From contig JAJDTM010000026.1 of assembly GCA_022827185.1 (NCBI GenBank), positions 27,964-91,963 on the forward strand: 64,000 bases of DNA, written 5' to 3'. The notes below the pieces were generated by a model. It was not told where the DNA came from, did not search any database, and saw only the letters and a program-made list of their open reading frames with translations. Below, one piece after another: positions 29,657 to 36,939 of the stretch. The stretch comes from Candidatus Poribacteria bacterium (GTDB lineage: Bacteria > Poribacteria > WGA-4E > WGA-3G). Positions within the stretch are counted from its first letter, which is position 1. Every line of letters begins with the position of its first letter. The translations under genes were made by a program, and so were the position numbers.

Positions 29657-30358
29657 GTGAAACAGATGACAGGTAGGCGAGGTGTTTTCATCTCGCCTAT
29701 TTCTCAACCGCAAAGTGGTTTCACGATCACTGAATTACTGCTCGTCTTGGTGCTTATCGGCATATTATCCGCAATTTCGATGCCGACGCTGAAGGGATTT
29801 GCGACAACGCGTCGATTAAAAGCATCCGCCTCTACAATCCGCAATCTCCTCACGTTCGCACGGGATATGGCAATCACTGATCAAACGACACATTTGGTTG
29901 TCTTTGATATTGACAACGGTCGGTGTTGGCTTGCTTCCAGTGAAACGTTTAACCCAAGTACGCCACTTGCATCGGCACTGACTGCCCGAAATTCTACGGT
30001 CGGGGCGGCACCCCAGAATAATACAAACGTAAACCCACAGGCGACAACCAATTCTGTTCAACAGGGGACGTTAGGGCGCGCAAGCGGTATTTTGGGTGTA
30101 CCTTATCCGATGGAGCAGGGCGTTACGTTAGCTGCGCTGGAGACCAACCACAACGGCCATACGCTTCAAAGTGATTCGGGCGCGGCGTACATCCACTTCT
30201 CACCGAATGCAACTTCCGGGGAGGCACTTGTGTACCTCCAAAACACGCGAAATCAGGTTATGTCTGTTTCTGTTGAAGCTGCGAGCGGTCGCGTTACTGT
30301 GCGACAACTCGCGTCTGAAGAGGTTGAAATATTAGGCTTTGAAATCGGACAAAATTAA
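29657..30358 (+). CDS. gspH: Minor pseudopilin GspH/FimT-like
   Basis: G|FTITELLLV; ARDMAI; IHFSPNA...SGRV; position after gspG. Confidence 0.85.
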   Translation: MKQMTGRRGVFISPISQPQSGFTITELLLVLVLIGILSAISMPTLKGFATTRRLKASASTIRNLLTFARDMAITDQTTHLVVFDIDNGRCWLASSETFNPSTPLASALTARNSTVGAAPQNNTNVNPQATTNSVQQGTLGRASGILGVPYPMEQGVTLAALETNHNGHTLQSDSGAAYIHFSPNATSGEALVYLQNTRNQVMSVSVEAASGRVTVRQLASEEVEILGFEIGQN

Positions 30359-30364
30359 TTTGCT

Positions 30365-30440
30365 TAGGACTTACGCATCGCCTCTTGCAGGCGGGGTTTC
30401 TATGGGAAACACCCAAGCAAAAACACCCCGCCTGCAGTGC
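30365..30440 (+). repeat. Dispersed MITE-like repeat (TAGGACTTACGCA family) inside the T2SS operon
   Basis: taggacttacgca(tc)gcctcttgcaggcggggtttc...accccgcctgcag matches the reverse complement of the right part of 58792-58886. Confidence 0.7.
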
Positions 30441-30451
30441 AACATAAAAGT

Positions 30452-30889
30452 ATGAAATTACGAATTAAACACTCGGTATCAGCAGAAAAAAACGGTTTTA
30501 CGCTCGTTGAGATACTCGTAACCTTAGCAATTTTGGCGGCGGTACTCCCCGCGCTTTTACACGCCTTTGCGTCTGCGGCACGGAATCAAGGGCTTTCAGA
30601 CAACACTACCACTGCGCTCTATCTCCTCAAATTTCGGATGGCAGAAATTGAGATGGGCGGCTATCCGGATGTCGGTGAGGATAGCGGTGAATTCGGTAAT
30701 AATACACGCTACCGCTGGAGTTCTATGGTTGAGGATATAGAATCTGAAGAGGTTGAAAACGTTCGGCGGGTTCAAGTGACCGTCACATGGCAACATAGAA
30801 ATCGGGAACGTTCTATGTCTATGAGCACCTTTATGGCTGACCGACAAAATTCGCAAACGCAGCAAGGGCAACAGCCTGGTGGCGGTTGA
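30452..30889 (+). CDS. gspI: Minor pseudopilin
   Basis: G|FTLVEILV; RYRW...VRRVQVTVTW. Confidence 0.85.
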   Translation: MKLRIKHSVSAEKNGFTLVEILVTLAILAAVLPALLHAFASAARNQGLSDNTTTALYLLKFRMAEIEMGGYPDVGEDSGEFGNNTRYRWSSMVEDIESEEVENVRRVQVTVTWQHRNRERSMSMSTFMADRQNSQTQQGQQPGGG

Positions 30890-30925
30890 TAGCCGTTTCC
30901 ACGGCATTCAACAAGCATTGCAGAC

Positions 30926-31843
30926 ATGAAAATTCAAAAAATATCCGCATATACAGCAAGCGAGAATGGGTTGACGCTCATTGAAATGCTTATGGCGGTT
31001 AGTATCCTCGTCATCATCGGTGGGTCAGCGTATTTTGCTTTCAAGACGGCTGTGGATGCATACCAACAGACTGAAGAAAAAATATTGTCTGCGCAGAGGA
31101 GTCGTTTCGCTATGGATCGCCTTGTAACGGACTTGGGGAACATGCAAATTTCACTTCAAGAGCCAGAACTTGCACTCTACACGCAAGATGAACCCAGCCA
31201 ATTGGGCGATAGGGATATGCTCAGTTTTGTCACGCTCGTGAAGACAGATCCCGATCCTTTTATAGAGCAGCTTTCAAGTTTCCAATCTCAAAATGCTTCA
31301 CAAGTGCCTTTGCCACTTTTAAGCGACGTTCAGCGTGTGGCGTACTTTGTCGCTGCAGAGCCTCAGCCTGGTGAATCGATTCTGAACTCCGGTAATTTCC
31401 GAGGTGCTTCTACAGAAGATATAGGTGCCGAAGAGAATAGTAGATACGCTCTCTTTCGTCTTACAACCACAACCCTCGATCCGGAAGCTGTGATCGGTCC
31501 GTTCTTACAAGGTGGAGCAGTCCCGGAGACAGACGAAAACGGGGCACCCATTTACGTTAATGTCGCGACACTCATTACGGGACTTGCTAATTTTGATCTG
31601 CAGTATTTTGACGGTGAGGCAGAAGTGTGGAACTCCTCTTGGGATGACCCTGAAAGTGTTCCAAGTGCTGTCCAAATCCTAATAACTGTCCAAGGGGGCG
31701 CGCAGAGAGCCGTAAATACAAATACCACACAGTTTGCGTCCCAAAATCAACCTATGGTGCCGTCAAATAGTATGACACAATCAACGATGGTGTATCTCCC
31801 AGGAAGTGCAACCGCTGGTGGCGGCGCGGAGGGTGGACAATAA
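30926..31843 (+). CDS. gspJ: Minor pseudopilin
   Basis: G|LTLIEMLM; C-terminal FDLQYFDG...WNSSWD...PSAVQI. Confidence 0.85.
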   Translation: MKIQKISAYTASENGLTLIEMLMAVSILVIIGGSAYFAFKTAVDAYQQTEEKILSAQRSRFAMDRLVTDLGNMQISLQEPELALYTQDEPSQLGDRDMLSFVTLVKTDPDPFIEQLSSFQSQNASQVPLPLLSDVQRVAYFVAAEPQPGESILNSGNFRGASTEDIGAEENSRYALFRLTTTTLDPEAVIGPFLQGGAVPETDENGAPIYVNVATLITGLANFDLQYFDGEAEVWNSSWDDPESVPSAVQILITVQGGAQRAVNTNTTQFASQNQPMVPSNSMTQSTMVYLPGSATAGGGAEGGQ

Positions 31844-33424
31844 ATGATGCTATTTACAAAGCGGTTTACCTATCCATTCTACAAGGAACAGCGTGGGTTA
31901 TCCCTCGTTTCAACGCTCTGGATACTCACGATTCTCTCTATTTTGGCGGCCCAACTGCTCTATTCGATCCATATAGAACAGCGTACGCAACGGAATTTCT
32001 TGGATAGAGGGAAGTATCACTACGCTGCAAAGGCAGGATTTGAGTGGGCACTCGCTGTCATGCGAACGGACCAGACACCCTTCGATTCGCTCGGTGAGAG
32101 TTGGGCAGCACCTATCACGGGGCAAGTTGAAGATGGGGTTCAAATCGGAAAATTCCTAAACTACAGTGTAACGGTCACCGATGAAGCATCGAGGGTTAAT
32201 ATCAATGTCGCTGATGTTGGACTCTTCACTAATTTGCTCGCACAGGTAGGGGCTTCACCGGATGATGCCCAGACAGAGGAACTCGCTAATGCAATCGTAG
32301 AAGGTCAACCGTACCGGACCGTTCGAGATCTTGCGAGAGTGGCGGGGATGACATCTGAACTCCTTTACGGGACCCAACAAATGGCGGCGTTTACACAGGG
32401 CATGGCAAATACACAAGGCGCGTCTACGAGCACAACCCCTGAGCTTTCAACAGCGAGTTTGGGAAGTCCACAGGGAACATCAATAGAGGCGCGACCCGGG
32501 CTTGTGGATTTAGCAACCATATATTCACTTGATGCGAGCACAGATCCAGACGGACAAGCACTCGTAAATGTCAATACAGCGGATGCAGATCAGTTGACGC
32601 AAATTGAGACGCAGTCCGGTCAAGGTGGGGGGCAATCTGTCTTTTCACAGGCTGAGGCGGAATCACTGATTCAGCAGCGTGAGTTTGACAGATTTTCTGA
32701 CCTCATAGATGTAAAAGCCGTCTCTGATGAACTTTTTAACAACATCCGAGACCGAATTACGACTGAAGATTCCGGCGGAAATCAAGACGATGAAGACGGG
32801 GAAGACGATGAAGAATGGACCGGACCTCAACAGGGACAGGGCGAGGATGGACAGATCAATATCAATACTGCTGATGTTGAAACCTTGGAATCCCTGGACG
32901 GTATTGACCAAGGCATTGCCGAACGTATTGTCGACCATCGCGACTCACAAGGATTTTTTCAGAACATAGACGCTATTAAAGATGTCACACTGTTAACGCA
33001 GCAAGAATTCATCGGTATCGTTGACAAAATAACCCTTAAAGATGGAGATACCCGCAGCGGACTGATTAACATAAACACTGCGTCTGCTGAAATCTTAGCA
33101 CTGCTACCGGGAATGGATGGAGAAAGGGCGCAAGCGATCGTCACGCGCCGCGAACAAGATCCGCCAGATGATGCGCCAGTACTGAGTTTTACCGAAGAGG
33201 AGATAACGGGTCATCCGTTCACCACCATCTCACAACTCTCAGAACTTGAGGAGATTGACTTTAATACGTTCCGTGAAGTTGTTGATTGGGTAACTTACCG
33301 TTCACACGGCTATCGTATCGAGGCAACCGGCGTTGATGCCACAGGTAAGGTTGTTTCAACCTGTATCGGTGTCATTGATCGGACGGGTGACCAAGTCATC
33401 GTTCAATATTGGAGACAGGATTAG
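31844..33424 (+). CDS. gspK: Minor pseudopilin GspK with four ComEA/HhH-like modules
   Basis: QRG|LSLVSTLW (no Glu5, typical of GspK), DSLGESWA, DEASRVNIN; repeated (V/I)N(I/V)N(T/V)A modules; C-terminal YRIEATG...VQYWRQ. Confidence 0.85.
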   Translation: MMLFTKRFTYPFYKEQRGLSLVSTLWILTILSILAAQLLYSIHIEQRTQRNFLDRGKYHYAAKAGFEWALAVMRTDQTPFDSLGESWAAPITGQVEDGVQIGKFLNYSVTVTDEASRVNINVADVGLFTNLLAQVGASPDDAQTEELANAIVEGQPYRTVRDLARVAGMTSELLYGTQQMAAFTQGMANTQGASTSTTPELSTASLGSPQGTSIEARPGLVDLATIYSLDASTDPDGQALVNVNTADADQLTQIETQSGQGGGQSVFSQAEAESLIQQREFDRFSDLIDVKAVSDELFNNIRDRITTEDSGGNQDDEDGEDDEEWTGPQQGQGEDGQININTADVETLESLDGIDQGIAERIVDHRDSQGFFQNIDAIKDVTLLTQQEFIGIVDKITLKDGDTRSGLININTASAEILALLPGMDGERAQAIVTRREQDPPDDAPVLSFTEEEITGHPFTTISQLSELEEIDFNTFREVVDWVTYRSHGYRIEATGVDATGKVVSTCIGVIDRTGDQVIVQYWRQD

Positions 33425-33454
33425 AGGAGTGGCTTTCAGTTAGCTAGCGAAAAA

Positions 33455-35239
33455 ATGGCAAAAAAACGAGTTGTAGCGATAGATATCGGCACGCATACAG
33501 CGAAAATGGTTCAGCTTGAACAGTCATCCGGGACTTTGCGTCTCACGAATGCGGGGGTCGTTACATACACTGACAAGGATGATAAGCAACAGGTCGCTGA
33601 ATCGATAAGACACCTTTGGGCATCCTTAGGAAGTCCGGCACAGAAAGGAAATCTGCTTTCGCTATTCAATAGGAGTGACCTTGAGGTTGTTCTCGCGCTG
33701 CCGAGATCTTTGGTAAACACAAAACGTTTAGCCAACTTGCCTACCGCAACCGATGATCAACTCGCGAATATCGTCACAATTGCGGCGGAGTCGGAACTTC
33801 CCTTTCGGATTGAAGAAGCAATCTTTACTTACCACGATGTGAGACAAACAGCAGATGCCACTTCGGTGGAATTGATATCCACCCGACGCGCGTCCGTCAC
33901 AAGTTATCTGGATTTCCTTGAACGGATCGGTGTGTCAGCTTCTGCTGTCACGCCTTCAATGATCGCTATTGCAGAGACAGTAGCAAATAGCGGATGTACC
34001 AAACCTACATTTGTTGTTGACATCGGTGCTTCGCAAACCGACTTTTGTTTTGTTGAGGGCGGTGTGCTACGGTTTTCTCGGAGTTTCCGTTTAGGGGGTG
34101 ACAATCTATCTGCGCATATCAGCCAAGCCTTGAATGTTGATAGTGAGACAGCAGCGGAAGAAAAGCGACATATTCCGGCGGATGAAGCACCTACATCTAC
34201 GTGGACAGCCGAGTTGATTGGTGAACTACAGCGTTCTATTGCTGCTGCAACTGCCCATCGAGCATCGGACGATTTTGACCCTACGGAAGAAACTGATGGG
34301 ACGGAAAGTTTCACACCGACCGAAATAGAAACGGAACTCTGGTTATGTGGTGGTGGTGCACGTGTCCCTGACCTCGCAGCGGCTTTAGAACAAGAACTTG
34401 ACATCCCGACATCCTTCTGGAATCCACTTCGTGCCATTGAGCAACAGTCAGATATTAAAATTGAGCCGCAACGGGCAGAAGTTAGTGCTGTACTTGCGGA
34501 ATGGGGAGATACCCTTGCGGTGCCGCTCGGTGTTGGATTTAGTGCTTTGGACTCGACACCCCAACCTTCTTTGCTACCGAAAGAGGCTGCCGAGACGCTG
34601 ACACAAACAACACGGCAACGCCAAATTTTTGCTACCGCGGGGTTGGGTGTTTTGATTGTTGGGGGTGTCCTCTTTGGGGGGTATACGCTTCAACGTTCGC
34701 AAAAGCACAGAACGGAAATGGTTGATGCGCGACTCGCGAGTTACGCGCAACCGGTGGCAGCCGCGCAAGCGCAGCTTGGACGTGAACTGGCACTCACAGA
34801 GATGTTAGCGCATAACATATCGCCGCTTGATATTTTGCATGCCCTCAGCGAGATGTTTCGCGATAGAACACAGGTCGCTTGGACCAATTTCAGTATTATC
34901 AATCTTCACGAGCCTGAGACGGCGAGAATTACTTTCAATTTGGAGGGCGCGTCCCATAACGCTATAAATACGCTTTTGCGCGCACTTGAACGGTCCGGGG
35001 TCTTTACAAATGTTCGACCGGGTGAGGTTACAACAATTTCTCAAAATAGAAAACAGATTTTCCAAGTACAGGTGCGGTGTAACTTAACGGCATCTGCTGT
35101 TCGGGCATTCGCTAAGAAACGCTATCCAATGCCTCAACCACAGATTGATAAATCGGCAACGGCGGCAGAATTACAACTTGATCCGCCTGCGTCTAAAATC
35201 CTTGAACTTGAAAATGAGGAAACCGAGAAAGACGAATAA
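33455..35239 (+). CDS. GspL-position protein: PilM-like actin-fold domain fused to TM and a PilN-like domain
   Basis: VAIDIGTHTAK, VVDIGASQT, LWLCGGGARVPDL; one TM; C-terminal ferredoxin-like segment LEGAS...LERSGVFTNV. Confidence 0.8.
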   Translation: MAKKRVVAIDIGTHTAKMVQLEQSSGTLRLTNAGVVTYTDKDDKQQVAESIRHLWASLGSPAQKGNLLSLFNRSDLEVVLALPRSLVNTKRLANLPTATDDQLANIVTIAAESELPFRIEEAIFTYHDVRQTADATSVELISTRRASVTSYLDFLERIGVSASAVTPSMIAIAETVANSGCTKPTFVVDIGASQTDFCFVEGGVLRFSRSFRLGGDNLSAHISQALNVDSETAAEEKRHIPADEAPTSTWTAELIGELQRSIAAATAHRASDDFDPTEETDGTESFTPTEIETELWLCGGGARVPDLAAALEQELDIPTSFWNPLRAIEQQSDIKIEPQRAEVSAVLAEWGDTLAVPLGVGFSALDSTPQPSLLPKEAAETLTQTTRQRQIFATAGLGVLIVGGVLFGGYTLQRSQKHRTEMVDARLASYAQPVAAAQAQLGRELALTEMLAHNISPLDILHALSEMFRDRTQVAWTNFSIINLHEPETARITFNLEGASHNAINTLLRALERSGVFTNVRPGEVTTISQNRKQIFQVQVRCNLTASAVRAFAKKRYPMPQPQIDKSATAAELQLDPPASKILELENEETEKDE

Positions 35240-35241
35240 TA

Positions 35242-35488
35242 TAATAGTTGTTAGTTAATAGTTGTTAGTTATAAGTTAAGAGGTTTCCGATGATTTAAGC
35301 CTCTTTTGATAACGGTCGGTACTTCAATTGGGTAACAACCTTTACAAAGCACCGTCAAACATCAGAAACAAAACGGTAATAGTTGTTAGTTCTTAGTACG
35401 CTTCGCTTTAGGTTATAAGTTAAGAGGTGTTGGGATTATCAAAAACCTTTTGTAACTTATAACTTATAACTTATAACTTATAACTATT
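35242..35488. repeat. Heptamer-armed palindromic intergenic repeat(s)
   Basis: Left arms aatagttgttagtt...aagagg (about 35243 and 35378); right arm (TAACTTA)x4+TAACTAT at 35453-35487. Confidence 0.8.
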
Positions 35489-35513
35489 TAGGACTTTTAT
35501 AGAGGATGAATTC

Positions 35514-36797
35514 ATGGAACTGGATCTTGAATTAACGCCCAGGAGCCGAGTTTTACTTGGCATTTTAGGTGCTGTGCTGCTGGTTTTGATCGCAGTACAG
35601 GGTGTCCCTGCCATTTATCGCTTATTTGTAAATCAAGGTGCCAAAGCTAAACAGGAACAGTTAATGCAAACTGAGAATTTGGTACATGCTGCAGAGGTGC
35701 TTAAACCGATTGAGTCCGAGATTTACAAAGCAACGGGATTGGCACAAGAAGAACAGCCAGTGCGAACGGGTGCTCAGGGTGCTGGAACACTTTTTGACAC
35801 TGAACCTCCAGAGACGGTCATTCGGGCACGTGTTGATGCGCTCATAAGGCGTGCGGGTATCCAACAGAATTACCAACTTTTGACGAAGCCCGGTAGCGGA
35901 AAACAGACCCAAAAATTGACGATACAAAATCGGGAGAGACTGGTTCTCTATCTCTATTTCAAGCATATAGAAACAGAGGAAACGGAGCTTGCGGAGATAG
36001 CAGAACAGGCGGCTGAAGCTGAAACGTTTGACATGTTGATGGATGCTTGGCTGTCAGAAGATACAGAATCCGATACAGCTGAAAAAATGGAAGATACAGA
36101 CGAGGCATCATCTGGTGCGGAACAGTCCATAGAAAAATCAGCATCTACGGACAAAGCGCAGTCAGCGGATTCAACAGCGACTGTGGAGGCGTGGAGATTC
36201 GCCTCACTTCCAGAAACGATACCTGTCACACACCGGGTTAAACTTGCTGCATATATCAAGGATATGGTGATACAACAGCTCCGCGGGGCAACAAATTTCA
36301 GACAAGGTTTCTTTGAATCTCAAGTTCACAGCGTTAAAACCGCTGCGACCCCTGGTATCTTCGGCATTGGTGCTAAACCTGCTACTGTCGAAATCCAGTT
36401 ACGAAGAAATAGTGGGCTTTTGAGTATTCTCGCGCAATCAGAGGATGAATATGCTGAAGAGGTCCCAAACACTGGTGAACTTCAAGCGGCATTGATCAAG
36501 TACATTGAGGAGATTCAGGCGCAGCGTGCAACGCTTTTGGAGGAGCTCGCGTTGGCACCATCGACTTATGAAACGCAACTTTACACCGTTGAAATGAAAT
36601 TCAAAACAGATCTTGAAAAACTTGTTAACTTAAACCATCTCATTGAAACAAACGCTAAATGGCTAACTGTCCGCGATTTGCGGATCTCGGCTGATAAGCA
36701 GGCGTCGCGTTCTGAAGGACAACGCGGTCGGAATCGCGAAGGAGCGGATGGGGCGAACTTGAACGTTGAAATACTTCTCCTCGCTCGAATCTTTTAA
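35514..36797 (+). CDS. GspM/PilO-like protein with a large acidic insertion
   Basis: LTPRSRVLL plus TM; C-terminal YTVEMKFKTDLEKLVNL..LIET..WLTVRDLRIS...LNVEILL; lies between gspL and gspD. Confidence 0.6.
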   Translation: MELDLELTPRSRVLLGILGAVLLVLIAVQGVPAIYRLFVNQGAKAKQEQLMQTENLVHAAEVLKPIESEIYKATGLAQEEQPVRTGAQGAGTLFDTEPPETVIRARVDALIRRAGIQQNYQLLTKPGSGKQTQKLTIQNRERLVLYLYFKHIETEETELAEIAEQAAEAETFDMLMDAWLSEDTESDTAEKMEDTDEASSGAEQSIEKSASTDKAQSADSTATVEAWRFASLPETIPVTHRVKLAAYIKDMVIQQLRGATNFRQGFFESQVHSVKTAATPGIFGIGAKPATVEIQLRRNSGLLSILAQSEDEYAEEVPNTGELQAALIKYIEEIQAQRATLLEELALAPSTYETQLYTVEMKFKTDLEKLVNLNHLIETNAKWLTVRDLRISADKQASRSEGQRGRNREGADGANLNVEILLLARIF

Positions 36798-36939
36798 CTT
36801 TATTGAGATCCGTGAATCGGTTTCAGGGCTTAAAAAAACTGTCTAAACCTCGCTGAGGCCCCTCTGTGGAATTCGTACTTCAGAGAACTCTCGTGAGGTT
36901 TGCAGGAAAATGTGATTAAATCAAAAAGGATCGGATGTT

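Noticed and set aside
35242-35488. Possible CRISPR array
   Set aside because: Units are 7-mers without unique spacers, and no cas genes are in the window.
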